A stretch of 64,000 nt of DNA from Vicugna vicugna (lineage: Eukaryota): assembly GCA_013265495.1 (NCBI GenBank), contig MU058824.1:6157245-6221244 (forward strand), given 5' to 3'. Below the pieces are notes generated by a model. The model did not search any database, was not told the DNA's origin, and saw only the letters and a list, made by a program, of their open reading frames with translations. Shown here in pieces: positions 1 to 12,410 of this stretch. A program made the position numbers and the translations under genes. Each line of letters begins with the position of its first letter. Position 1 is the stretch's first letter.

Positions 1-168
1 GTTCTATATCTCTGTTGTCCAATACAGTAGCAACTAGCCACATGTGACCACTTATCATTTAAAATTTGGCCAGTGAGGCTGAGGAACTAAAATTTTTACT
101 TTAATTAATTTATATACAAATTTAAATAGACACATATGGCCAGTGGCTAGCATACTAGATGATGCAGC
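1..168 (+). mobile_element. MER3-like hAT-Charlie MITE (cut by the window edge)
   Basis: tgtccaatacagtagcaactagccacatgtg...gaggaactaaaattttt...tttaaatagacacatatggccagtggcta matches the recalled MER3 consensus and its internal palindrome. Confidence 0.85.
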
Positions 169-1689
169 TCTGGACAGTGTTCATTTCCTAATCATCTAAT
201 TTCATTATAGTTATCCCCCAAATGCAGAGAATAGCCCAATAAAGACCTAATTGATTCCAAAAGCCAGGTTATTTGATTTTACACATAGCACCACAGTGCC
301 AGTGGGGACAATGACGTGGGAGCATATTAGCTATACAAACAAAGATAAATAAAATATAAGCTTTACCCTAGCCTAATATAAAAAAGGCCCAGATAAATGA
401 ATGCAGCTCTAGACAGAGTTATCAATATTCTGGGCAAATAATATATCCAAAGGCCTCAGAAGTTCACCTTTACAGACAAAGACCTCCATTAACTGTATCT
501 TAAGTGTTTTGATTTGGTAACAATCAGCTTTGTTGCCCATCATCAGTATGGGATGTTTTATACTCAGCTACTTTTTCTTACATACTTACTCAAAAACAGT
601 GAAGAATTTATCTTCTTGATATTGAGCTTCTTTTCCCTTCTTTAAGTGAATTAGTCTGAATGGATCTCCACTGAGTTGCCTAAAGATTGACTACTGTGGA
701 GTTTCAGTGGAGTTTCATTCAGCTAATAAATACTCTTATATTGACACTGAATCATTAGAAATCTCATTGACAACTAGGTATAAACCCACTTAATAGTAAT
801 CTAATTTAAACCATGTATCTCCAGGAATGCAGACATGGTATCAAATCTGTCCTTTAATTTGATTGATAGAAGCTGCTTAGCACTAGCCCAGGTGGTGGAA
901 GAACAAACACTACAAGATGATGTAAGATCCAATCCCCAGTCTAAAATAGCTTAAACACACAATATTTCACACTAATAATCAGGGAGATTAGGGGTTCTCT
1001 TTTATTTCTCTTTTTCATTGTCCAATTATGCTATATTCCTTCAATTTATACAGATGCATCTTCTGCAATCTCTGGATTGGTGAGTTTGATTGTATGGTAA
1101 CATCTGAACTTCTTAGTATTTCTGTTTCCCTAAAATTCTACTGTTAAAACCTGCTATAATGTAATACATATAAATTATTTCCAGCCCAGAAGACTTAATA
1201 TTTTCCTATATTAAATAAACTTTATCTTGAAACAGTTTAGAGCACCTCCTTTATTAAATTTATGGAAAAAACAGAACTCTATGGCTTGGTGCTCAAACTT
1301 GCACTGGTAGTCTTTAAATTCCACTCTTACCTTTTTGTTTTTTGTAATCAATAAGACACAGTGGGAATACCATTCAAATTTTACAGCACTGAATAATAAT
1401 TCTAGAATGTTCTACTTTTGAGCAATAAATTTTGTAGGCTAATACTAACTAACAGTGTCCAGCACTTTATAGTTTGAAAAATCTCACTTGGTCTTCATAT
1501 GATCCTAAGTGCTCTCATTGTCAATCTGCTTATTTCAAAACTACAGTTTGGCAGTGAAATAGCTTCTCTAAGAAAGTATGTGTCAATTATGGTCTCAAGC
1601 AATACTTTGCATGTTGTGTCTATTGGATCTTGGTTTATTATAAAATAGGAAACAATGAATGCCATATACTCTTCTTATAAACTCAAAAA

Positions 1690-1838
1690 GCACGTTACTA
1701 TATTCAAAGCTCTGATTAAGTCCTGTACTTTAAAAAAAATTGTTTAACTTTTTTAACCCAAACTTATTTGCTGCAGAACTTTTTATTTAAAAAAATACCA
1801 CTTATTGTTCTACCAAATACCCTTTGAAAAAATACTGA
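1690..1838 (+). mobile_element. MER103-like hAT-Charlie fragment
   Basis: ttcaaagctctga..agtcctgta..tgtttaactt..aacccaaacttatttg..ctttgaaaaaatactg resembles the MER103 3' half. Confidence 0.6.
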
Positions 1839-3872
1839 GCTAATAAAATGTCCTAAAAATATAAAAAATGATAGAAAATTAGGTGACTGAACAAAACTTC
1901 TCAACTCCCACATAGTTGGGATAAAACTCCTCATATAATCCCACTCTCTAAATAGTCTCCTCTTTAAATGCCCTCTTCTCTAAATATCCTCAGTTACTGT
2001 GTCTGTGTTGTACCTGTGGCCAGGGTATAAGGCTAAAACTGTGGTTCCATTAATGCTTAACCAAGAGATGTTACAAATATTTGTTTGTTCCTAAAGGTGA
2101 CTGCCAAGAGACTAAAATGGGAGCCTCTCCTTATGTCTGCATTCCCAAACTCCAGGCATCTTTTCAGCCTAGAGGCTGAACTTCTCTGAGGTTCCTAGCA
2201 GTCTCTACATGGAAAGCGTCTACTTCAAGCAAACCCAACAGACATCATCTCACTTCTTCCAGGCCCTCAGGCCTGGTACTTTCCCTGCCCTTTGATTAAC
2301 TTCCTATATTAGTCCAATTAGTATAATTGTCATAAGAGATAGCAAACTCAATAATCTTAAAATCTGCCACTTCCTAAATCAGCAACATGAAACAAAACTA
2401 ACAGAGGGCCATCAAATGTCACTTCCTTTCAAGAAAAGATTTTAAGAAAAGCAAGGCGAAGGGCAGTTGGGAAAATCTGAAAGCTGGCCCAGAACAATTA
2501 TGCTTAAGAACAGGCATACTCTAAAGGAAATGACCATGACTACCAATAAGAGAAACACTCCAGCCTAGCCCTCACCCACTTTATCTCAATGTCAACCCTT
2601 TTCCCTTCAAGAACAGAATTGTATCACAGTTTAAATAAAACCTTTGAATCTGTCAGAAAGAGTTCATCAGGACTATCTCTGTAGTTAGCAAGAGACTATC
2701 TAAATCTTGCTTTCAGTTTGTAGTCCTAGAACCTTAGCTTGATTGGGCCTGCCTTTGTCCCTGCTGCCCTCTCTTCCTGACAGACCCATCTTCCCCTGGC
2801 CCTGAGTTTCCCAGCTTTCAGAATGTTAATTCATTGTCTGAGGCCTGGCTCAGTCCCCAGTCAGAATTAGTCTTTCCGTCTTCTGTCTCCTTCCCCTGTC
2901 TCTATAAGCCCCATTCCCATTTCTCTGGAAAGCAGAATAAAGGTTTGGGCCAGTTGGGTGGTGGCCCAAAACAATAATTTATAAAGGGGGCTTCCACTGG
3001 AATAAAACGCCACCATGGTAACATATAAATTAATCTTGCTCATCAAAGCTGATGGTAAACTTGAATAGAAAAGAAAAAATCCTGGCTAGTAATAATCCTC
3101 TCTCTGCTAAATGATATTTTTAAAAAATATTTTTTAAATATTTATTTTAAGGATATCAAATTATTTAATTTCCCAGAATTTCCAACTGGTATGGCCTGGG
3201 CCTGTTTTGTACAGTCCAACCACAATGTAATTAGTTGCATATCTGCCTGTGACATTTGCATATGTGCATTCCCCAGAAGTCAGCACAATTCTTTGCACAT
3301 GTTAGGTGTTGAATAAAAAAAAGTATGTTAGATTGAATTAGTTGGAAGTCTTTCTTATTCCTAAACGTAGACTAAAGTCTAACAGAAATTGGAAATGAAG
3401 GCTGGAAATTTCCTCACGTACATCAAGCTATTTAATTACCTTAACTCCTCCAGGAAGTTTTGAAAAAGTCAAAAAGCAAATTAAGAGGGATAAGCCAGTT
3501 CATTTTGTGAGGATAACTAGCACCTGACTATGAGACATTGCTATGTGGGAGATGGAAATAGAGAGATGTTATTTAGCAATGTTGATAAAATGCACAGCTT
3601 TCCTATTCCTCCCAAGTTGAATATTGACTAAATGGTCTCTTTATTTGTTTTGTAATTTTCTAAACCATTATACACACTCACACTCAATACCAAATACAAA
3701 TAATTTCATTTATCCACTTTTGAGATTTTCCCTGAGACTCTACCTCCATTAATGCAGGCAAACTGAAGGTGACTAGCCAACACAGTAAATTTGTCTAGAG
3801 GTAAATTTCACTCATCTGGTTCTTTCTTCCACCTCTCTTATTCTGTTGCCATCTCACCATATCATAAATATC

Positions 3873-3921
3873 CATGTGCACACATGTGCACACGCACATG
3901 CACACACACACATACACACAA
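3873..3921. repeat. Imperfect (CA)n/(TGCACA) microsatellite
   Basis: atgtgcacacatgtgcacacgcacatgcacacacacacatacacaca. Confidence 0.9.
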
Positions 3922-4002
3922 AATGAAACCATGAAATGAAATAAAGTCTTCTCCATTATACAGAAAATTTATTTCTATAACTTAGGTTTCTTATGATCTG
4001 TT

Positions 4003-4230
4003 CTTTGAACTTAGCCAGACCTAAATTCTATCTCAGTTCCACAATTTAGTAACCATATGTGTGACCTTTGGCAAGTAAAAGAACCTCTCTGAGACTGAGA
4101 AAAGAAGTACTTTTTTTTTTTTTGGAAAATGGATTTGAAGATGCTCATCTTTCAGACTTCCTGGGATGGTTGAGCTGGATGATATATATAGATAAAGATA
4201 TTGAAATACCCACATTATTGTAAACATGCA
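4003..4230 (+). mobile_element. MIR SINE
   Basis: MIR core tgtgtgacctttggcaagt..aacctctctgag..aaaatgg. Confidence 0.75.
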
Positions 4231-5279
4231 GTGAACATTAAATATAAGTGCCCTATTTTTCCAATTAAATTTTCTTCTGAAAGGTTGAGCCCTATTCCAA
4301 AGAATTTCTAAGATAAACTGTTGTAAATTTGAAGTTGCTTTTGTGAGCTCAACCCTACCCCACAGCATTCCCAAGGTCTCTGCCAGCCTATGCTGAGCCT
4401 TTGTGAAAATTAGGACCCCTACCATCCCTCAGCCTTCTTTATCCTGACCCCCATCTCCAATGCACACAGCCTTATCGGCCAACAACTTGTGGAGAGGAAC
4501 AAGGCTTAGATTGCATCTCCCATTTGACAACCCCTTGCCCAGATCCCTTTGTGCAATGCACCAGCTGCATCATCAAACAAGGGAAGCCTGAGTGTTTCTG
4601 AACTCTGAATCTGAGCCTTCCCAAAACTTTGTCTATACCTTATCTCCATTGAGTAGTAAGGTGACTCTTCAAATCCTATTTACAAGAAAGAATTGTATAG
4701 GCATCATTGTTATTATTAACAAGAACTCAGAAAATGTCTCCTCAGCTTTTTAGCACAAAAACGGGAAAGAACTGGACCTCACAGTAGCACTCTTAAAACT
4801 GGAAGTTGTGACCACTGGCATAGGAATTATGCTCTCAGACTTCGCAGTTTCGCTGGACAGCTGAGGCAAAGACTCCTGTGGGTTTGCGGCATAGGATGGA
4901 TAGTGTATGCCCAGACCAAGTGGCCCACACTAAGTCAGGACCTAGAGTCTGAACAGCACCAACTCCAAACAAGAAAGACTTCCATTCTGCCCAGTTCTGC
5001 CTCTGCCCTACTATGTAGTGATCCAGGGCCAAAATTTCCTCATCTACAAAATGGAATTAATCCCTGTCTATTCTTTTATCCCCCCAAATTTCTGAAGTTC
5101 ATGTAGGATGGTATATATGAGCTTTAAGTCAAAAGGCCAATAGAGGATAATTTATTATTGATTTTTGCCTCCCCAAATTTATCAGTATCACAGTACTAAA
5201 CCAACTGTTAAAACAACATAAAAGAGACAGCAACAAACAAAAACCATAACTAATACTAAAGTATTTAAGTGTCAATACC

Positions 5280-5565
5280 CAACTCAGGTATCACTTTTTC
5301 TAGAGACCCATCCCCTACTCTACACCCCATGCCATTCTTTCTTCAGACAAAACATACTTGTCCCTCCTGATGTTGCTTCTGCATGTTGAAGCTATTTCTT
5401 TGTTGCACATACCCAAGGAATTATAGTTATTTGTTTGCTTGTCTGTCACCTCTGCTAGACTGTGAGCTCATTGAGGGCTGGAGCCATGTCTGTAACCCAA
5501 CCCGGACCCAGCTCAGTACCTGACACATAAATCCTACTGTACGTATTTTGAAAAGTGAAAGAAAT
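5280..5565 (+). mobile_element. L2 LINE 3' end
   Basis: ctagactgtgagctcattgagggc...cagtacctgacacata is the diagnostic L2 3' terminus. Confidence 0.8.
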
Positions 5566-5665
5566 GCGAAGCCTCCTGACCTGCACTCTTCTCAGCTCTG
5601 CACCTCACCAATGCCATGAGCTTGGACTCCCTTTTCTTCTATAAAATAAGAACATCAGACTAAAT

Positions 5666-6012
5666 CAAGCTTGCAAACTGCTGCTTCACAGGCCCAAATC
5701 TAGCCCCCAGATAAGGTTTTTGGACTGCATAGTTTTAGCATCCATAGTACTAAAATGAAACTTCAGTTAATTATGAACATTTAAATATCAAAAAGTATCA
5801 CATAAAATTAGAATTTTCAGCTTCTCTTTAAAAAGAAGAAGATCTCACAGCACTGTGCTGTCACTCCCTATAGGAACAATTGGTGGAGCTGGCTGGTGGC
5901 TTGCTAAAACAGACTGGGTGCTATCCAGGCCACCTCATCCCTATTACTTACTGCTTTCTCTTGACCCAGTCACTCATTTATATTACTTGCCTTAGTCCTT
6001 ACATCCATTTGA
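5666..6012 (+). mobile_element. MER102-like hAT-Charlie element
   Basis: ttgcaaactg..ggcccaaatctagccc..tcacataaaa..cagcttctcttt..gaagatct..aacaattggtggagctg matches MER102. Confidence 0.7.
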
Positions 6013-6100
6013 TTAGGGTTTTCTAAATGCACGTTAGTTCTAATAACACCATTCTCGGTCTCCAGGAATCCTCTCAACTAGATACACATATATATTTCTT

Positions 6101-6198
6101 TTTTCTTTTTTTTTAATTTACCAGATGACCTATTTTAATTAGAATAAATCTTCAGGAAGAAGTTTACGTGGTTGAAGTTGCTGTCTTTTTTTTTCCTT
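6101..6198 (-). pseudogene. Short polyadenylated retroposed fragment (likely the 3' end of an unidentified mRNA)
   Basis: Minus strand reads ...ttctaATTAAAataggtcatctggtaaatt + A-rich tail; flanked by 17-bp direct repeats acacatatatatttctt (6084-6100) and acacacacacatttctt (6199-6215), 14/17 identical. Confidence 0.55.
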
Positions 6199-7489
6199 AC
6201 ACACACACATTTCTTACCACGGGGACAAGAAGCTCTGAGGCCTGCTGCTGCTATCATACTACTCAACATCCTTACTTTAGGCTGATGTCCCTTGGCAATT
6301 AATGAATGAAATGAAGGGACATCAAATAGAGGGAAAAAATAGGAGGACGGGGAAAGATAGGGAAGTTTTAGCTACAAGTAGTGTTACTAGAGGTATTACG
6401 ATATCTTGTCAGGAAAATTAGATATTTTTACAGTACCAGACTTTCTATACAGCAAAGCAGTCATTTTGTCTATGATCCTGAAAACACACATAATAGCTGA
6501 TGTGAAAAATGGGAGGTTAATCATCAGAAATTATTGTGGCTTTGGGTGTCACTCCCACTGGGGTTCTCTCCCTCCAGCTCCCCATGGCCCACCTTGCAAG
6601 GAGCTGCAACTAGCAATTTGAAATTTATACACCTTCATATATGGGTTGCCCCCATCTGTAGCGTATCCATAACCTCCCAAGGCAAAGCTGCCATTATTTA
6701 CAGTATAATCAGCAGCACAGCAGGTGTAGAGAGGAGAAGAGGGCTAGGTACATATTACTAAGAAGCCTGATGAGTCCAACATACTGCTTGTCTCCAACAA
6801 GTACTGCCCCAGGAAATTTAAAATAGCACATCTCAATGTGCATGGCATATATCTGCTATATCCACATGGTGTCTGATTGGACAGATGAACAACAACCCAG
6901 CCCGCATTTTCTCTCCAGCTTCCTTTACACTCTGGCTAGATCAGTTAGAGCACAGAGCCCAGTACAAACTCTACCTTCAGAATCTTCATCAGCCACTTAC
7001 AGAGCTACTCACATCCTGAAATTCCCAAGTTTTTCCCCTTTCCAAAAGCTTCAAGTTTGTAACTAAAAAAATTTTTTATTAAACATGCCACATTAGTATT
7101 ACTATCCCATGCCATGGTCTTTTGAGACTAATCCATCAGCTAATAAAGAACAGAAAAGTCTTTTTTTAAAATATTTTTTACTAGAATCTGCGCTTGGGAG
7201 TGGGAGATTTTAGTGAGGAACTCTATAACAAGCGACAATTGCTTCATTCTCTCCCAAAATATTCAAAACAATCTAAGTGTAACTTTCAGTCAGTTTCTCC
7301 ATTTCATGAACATCATTCTTAAAGGTCATGGGTCTGGGAAGATAAGAAGCAAATCCATTAACCACATCTGAAAACGACTCAAAGTAGAGTCAGAGTGTAC
7401 ACACTAAATGACAATTTATCTATATCTTTTTCTTCCATATGGAGAATAATGCTCATCCACATCCAGAGCGTGGGGTAAATACAGATTTA

Positions 7490-7612
7490 AAATTCAAGAA
7501 ACATGAATTCTAGTCCTGGCTTCACTAGCTAGAATTGTGATCCTCTATAAATCTCTTAACATCTCTAGATTTCTTCAACTGAAAAATAAAACACATGAAA
7601 TAACCTCTAAAG
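7490..7612 (+). mobile_element. MIR/MIR3 fragment interrupted by the MER5 pair (tail resumes ~7968-7990)
   Basis: tgaattctagtcctggcttcacta..tctcttaacatctct..ataacctctaaag; continuation ttccttaaaagtctaaaatgat. Confidence 0.55.
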
Positions 7613-7777
7613 CATTGCTTCTCAAATTTCAATATGCATATGAATAACCTGAAGATCTTGTTAAAATGCAGATTCTAAGTCATTAGGTTTAGAATGGGCC
7701 TGACATTCTGCAATTATAACAAGCTCTCGGGTGATACTGAAAACTGTTGGTCCAGGGACCACACTCTAAGAACAAGA
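7613..7777. mobile_element. MER5A1-like hAT-Charlie MITE
   Basis: cttctcaaatttcaatatgcatatgaataacctgaagatcttgttaaaatgcagattct...ggtccagggaccacact; 8-bp flanks ctctaaag / cgctaaag. Confidence 0.85.
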
Positions 7778-7785
7778 CGCTAAAG

Positions 7786-7963
7786 CACTAGTTATCAAAT
7801 TTGGCTGCCCACTGGATCACCTGGGGAGTTTAGAAAAATATCAATGCCTGCTGCCATCCTCAGGGTCTGATTTAATGACTATTTAACAGCTGTGTTTGGG
7901 CATGGGGAGTTTTTAAAGCTCCCCAGACAATTATAAAACTACAGCAAAGTTTGAGAACCTCTG
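7786..7963. mobile_element. MER5B-like hAT-Charlie MITE
   Basis: tcaaatttggctgc..atcacctggggagttt..tttttaaagctcccca..tttgagaacctctg. Confidence 0.85.
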
Positions 7964-8009
7964 CTCTATTCCTTAAAAGTCTAAAATGATGACCTTTATT
8001 TTTCAATCA

Positions 8010-8220
8010 CATTACATTTGTACAATGAAATTCCTCGTGTCTATTATCTTGTGACAATCCAGAGAGATAAGCAAGGCAAAAGCTATTAACTCTGATTTAC
8101 AAAAGAGATAACCTAGCACCCAAGAAATCAGGTGATTTGCCTAATGGCATACAGCTGATGTCAGACCTTCTGGTACAAGAACACAGAGTTCCTGATACCC
8201 AACCTGTGCTTCCTCCAGAT
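8010..8220 (-). mobile_element. MIR SINE
   Basis: tttacaaaagagataacctagcacccaagaaatcaggtgatttgcctaatggcatacagct is a reverse MIR core. Confidence 0.65.
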
Positions 8221-8814
8221 TGCTTTGTGCTAACTCGTACAAACCAATAGTGACAAGCAAAGAGGAAAAAAGATGGCAGCCTTTCTGCCCAAAATTTCAC
8301 TAGGAATGATATAAACGGCAGACAATGCAACAGAGAAATGCATGCAACTAGGAAAACAATTAAATGTATAACTGGTGGAGGTGCTCCTTGGCTGCTCTGG
8401 ATGCAGAATAAGGTTGCTAAGGTTATGTCAGCAGGACTACCCATTAGACATCAAGTGAGCACAGTGCGATGGATTAACTCAATACTCGGAATATGACAAA
8501 ATGTACTGGGGAAGTGCCATAACTGATCCTGGGCAAGAGACTAGAAAGTCTGCTATTTGATTTAACTAATAATTCATTGGAACTTGTTGAGATAGCCATC
8601 CCACTTCTACACATTTGTAAAACTTACACGGAAAGAAAGCAAACTTAAGAGTCCTGGCATTGAAACTAAGGTAAATGCCATTAATAAAATGGACATTAAT
8701 TTTAAAAAAAACAAACAACAAACAAATCAGGGGTGAAAAGGAAGGAAGTGATTTTTTAATGCTTACTATGAACCAGTCATTTGTATAAATTATCTGGCCT
8801 TGCTCCAAGTTTTA

Positions 8815-8965
8815 AGGTAAGCTTTATTATCCTCGTTTTACAAATAAGAAAGATGAGTCATAGAGTTTGCCTTTTATACCAAGTTACACCTCAATGTCAG
8901 AGCTGAATTTAAGCCTAGATCTGTCTCATTTCAAACTCCTCATGTCCTTTCTGGTGTTCCACACT
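8815..8965 (-). mobile_element. MIR SINE
   Basis: ttattatcctcgttttacaaataagaaagatgag..agagctgaatttaagcctagatctgtct. Confidence 0.7.
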
Positions 8966-9207
8966 GGTTCTTACTACCGTATTAATAAGCATTTTCAGGT
9001 AAACCACCATTCTTTCCAAAATCTTCATCTTGTCTATGCAGCAGAAACAAAATGCTATTATAATGCCACAGCTGTTTGTTCCTATTGCTTCAAAGGAGAA
9101 TAAAAACACTATTTATGAGTAGATAACTTGGCAAAACCAAAACAAAAGGTTTCATTGACCTTTTGCCCTTCTGGTTTTTCAAAGGTGAAGTCCCAAATTC
9201 TTTTCAA

Positions 9208-9726
9208 CAGAGGTTGCAAGATGGCAGCCTTAAGTCAGATCTGGCCTGCCAATACATTTAATTGAAATATATACCACTGAATCTCCTACCATTTTTTAAA
9301 TTTTGAAATTCAACAATTAAAAAGTAGCAGCATTTTAATAAGCAGTTATCACACAGAAGTATAGATTTCTGGTATCTCTCAGAAACACTGGAAGAGTTGG
9401 GGACACTGACACCATGCTCTCTCCTACTATAATCAACTGAAGCTGAATCACCAAGCCATCCAAAGATGTAGTATGTGCTTTCCATCTACCAGTCATATCT
9501 TTCTTTCCCTATTTACTATATGTGTCAAATGACAACTGTAATCACATTCAAGATTAATACTTCTTATACTTTATTCTATTAAAGGTTGAATAATAAGAGA
9601 TATACCCAGAGGCCCACCCATTTATTTCAAGAAAAAATGGATGACAGTATACTTTTTCTTATATCCAGCCTACCTCGCCCATTTATATTTAACAGGTTCC
9701 AAAGATAGCTGAGCTTGTAAGTCTTG
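9208..9726 (+). mobile_element. Charlie4/MER102-related hAT element
   Basis: Terminus agaggttgcaagatggcagcc..tctggcctgc and internal gatttctggtatctctcagaaacactggaagag resemble the element at 5666. Confidence 0.55.
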
Positions 9727-11298
9727 CTTTTCGGAAATAAGTGGGTTGAAAAAACCAGATGCTAAACTCTTCTACCTAATAATATAAAAGGCTTTCTTAA
9801 ATGGAAGAAATGTTGCACCAAGAATGAGGTTATGAATCTATTGGGCCATGAACCAGAGTCTGGAAATAAAGAGAAAATTTTTTTTTCTTCTCAGTTAGCC
9901 CAAGAGAAAGTTGGGTGTCAGGATTCTGAATAGAAAAAAACCTAGCCAAAGGTACTCATTCCTGTTATGAAGGTGAACATGGCCACTCATTTGGGGCTAA
10001 GAAGAAGGAAAACCAGTAGACAGCACCTTGTAGAGAAATATGTCCAGTTAAGTCTAAGAGTTATAATATGCAGTGTACAGTTTAAAAGCTTTTCTGTGTT
10101 GTCCTAAGTTATCTGCAGTCCTTCAGCAAAGTTTGCAAAATGTTGGAGTCTAATTATAATTGCGCTACAGAAAGTCAGATGGCAGGCTTGTGTTCACATG
10201 TGGAACAGAGGAAAAAGGGAAAGGGGCAGCAGCTTGGAGAAGCTTGCCACAAGACCTCCAAATGTGACTTGAGAAAGCCAGAACAGAGGCTAGGGCAGCA
10301 AACATCCCCCAGAATGGGATTTGAAGAACATGTACGTGTTCCTTAGGAATTCTCAGATTTGTGAGGGATGAAAACCTGAAGACAAGCATTCCCGTGGTTA
10401 TGATGGGTGGGATGGTGGGGGACATACTACTAGAATTTTGATGCAAGAGAGAAACGTGCCCTAACTCCTGAGAACTTAGGAACACTGGTTCAGTAATGAA
10501 GATAGTGTCCAATGAAAACTGTTTGGTCCCATATAGGTCTTATTTCCATGGAATGTCTCCAATACTATTTATGTAATAAAAAAGCTAACAGTAATAAATT
10601 TTAAAATGATGAAAACAATGAACAGTGTTAGATGTGTGACATACATAGCTATGCCTTCTTGACAAGTGTTAAGGTTTTTCCAGGTACATAATCAAAACAT
10701 CTAAAAATTGAAAGAGAAGTCAATGTTTATGGAATGAAAGTGTGCCCAGAGCTCCGAACAAACATTTGAACCTACACAGACTGTATGATTCATTCATCTT
10801 TGGTCCCTATATACCCAGCACAGAGGTGGCTCCACACATAATGGAGCTAGCTAATTGTTCATTTAAAGTGAAAAACGTTTTAAAAATTATCATGAGGGAG
10901 ATGTCTGAGAACTATGTTAGCTGTTCACAAGACTATAGTCAGAAGAATTTTGACTTTCTAGAAAGACATGTCATGGGTTTTCTCAGATGTCTCCAATTAT
11001 TCCCAGTTACCACTAACAGAGATGTGAGTGCTGGGAAGCAAGCAAAGTTCTTTATCAGCTAAGAAATTAGCATTCATGCTAGGAACTTCTTTGTCTCAAG
11101 TAGCCTTCAACAATCCTATAATGTGAATATTATTTAATTTACAAATTATTACATGATAAAGACCTTTGTGGCCCTTCTGTATTGTTGAAAACATAAATGT
11201 ATCTGCAGTACCAAGAGCAAATCGTAGAGAAAAGGTACAAAAGGCAGAAAACAACTCATGACCATTACTAAAGAAATCATAAGATCTGCTCCTCATAC

Positions 11299-11397
11299 TT
11301 GTTCGCTCTGTTGGAACATTCATACTGGCCAAAGCAATAATTATTGATACCAAGAGCTTCAAAATCATCCTTCGGCACAACAGATGAACAATAACAT
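11299..11397 (-). CDS. Candidate 99-nt internal exon of an unidentified minus-strand gene
   Basis: Acceptor ttacatttacacag|, donor AA|gtatga; length divisible by 3; two frames open (CYCSSVVPKDDFEALGINNYCFGQYECSNRAN or VIVHLLCRRMILKLLVSIIIALASMNVPTERT); non-repetitive with retained CpGs; peptide not recognised. Confidence 0.35.
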
Positions 11398-12377
11398 CTG
11401 TGTAAATGTAATATCACAACATAAACACTCAAAGCCACAGAAAAGAAAATAATTCTACTTGGTTTGGTTTCATTTAGAGGAGCTTATTCTATATTTCTGA
11501 ACAAGCCATTCTCTCTATAAAACTCAGTTAGCAAATCTGCCTTGCTTATTATCATTGTGAGGATAATGTAGCAAACAGATGGAGGGTTTCATACAATTTG
11601 TTGAACTAAATTTAACAGGTTTGGCTGTGAGTGTTAACTTATTTTTATATTCTATTTGTGCTATGTTTGTAATAGATGCACACACATGAATAAAAACAGA
11701 AAATCTGTACACACAGTACAGCTGGTTCGATAATGTTTTCATTATAGCATCACATACTTCTAATTAGAAGGCTTTATATTTGGCTACTGAGAATTCTGGC
11801 TGCAGAGCTGCTTGTGTGGCACTCATATGACAAAAAAAATCTTTGTCAATAGTATGGGAATCCTTCCTCCACCTATGGTACCAGAGTGAAAGGGAGTAGG
11901 ACCAGATTCGTTAAATTAATAATGACCTACTAAATAAAAGAACAGTTGAACTGTACACCACAAAATTTAATAGGTGGAGTTCATTTGGCTCAGAGGCCCA
12001 ACTAGGAAAGTATCTATGACAGATGAAACATGAAGCACTATGTCAAAAATATGAGTAGGGAAAATTGAGCACCATTAAATGTTAAATGATAGAAAGAATC
12101 CTCAAACTTCAACTCAACTTTACAACATGAAATCTACTGTTAAGGAGGCTTTCATTTTATCAACACAAGGAACTCATTGGAACATAATTGAGAAACCATT
12201 TAAGCGATATTCTCCTAAAATTGGTTATTAACTCCAGTTGCCCTGTGATCATATTTCTTATTCATTGAAATGGCAGGATGAAAGCTATAAAATTTATATA
12301 TGTTATAGTAACTAGGAGTGAAGAGTGCTGATCATCAGGAATCTGTCCTTTATGCTGAAATTGTGGATGCATATTCA

Positions 12378-12410
12378 GACATAGATATAGATACAGATAT
12401 AGATATAGAT
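12378..12410. repeat. (ATAGAT)n microsatellite
   Basis: gacatagatatagatacagatatagatatagat. Confidence 0.85.

Noticed and set aside
590..680. Possible ~90-nt minus-strand exon (QLSGDPFRLIHLKKGKEAQYQEDKFFTVF)
   Set aside because: Good donor, but no real polypyrimidine tract at the acceptor, and the peptide is unrecognised.
6283..6324. Perfect 11-bp inverted repeat tgatgtccctt / aagggacatca
   Set aside because: About one stem of this length is expected by chance in 64 kb; no RNA family recognised.
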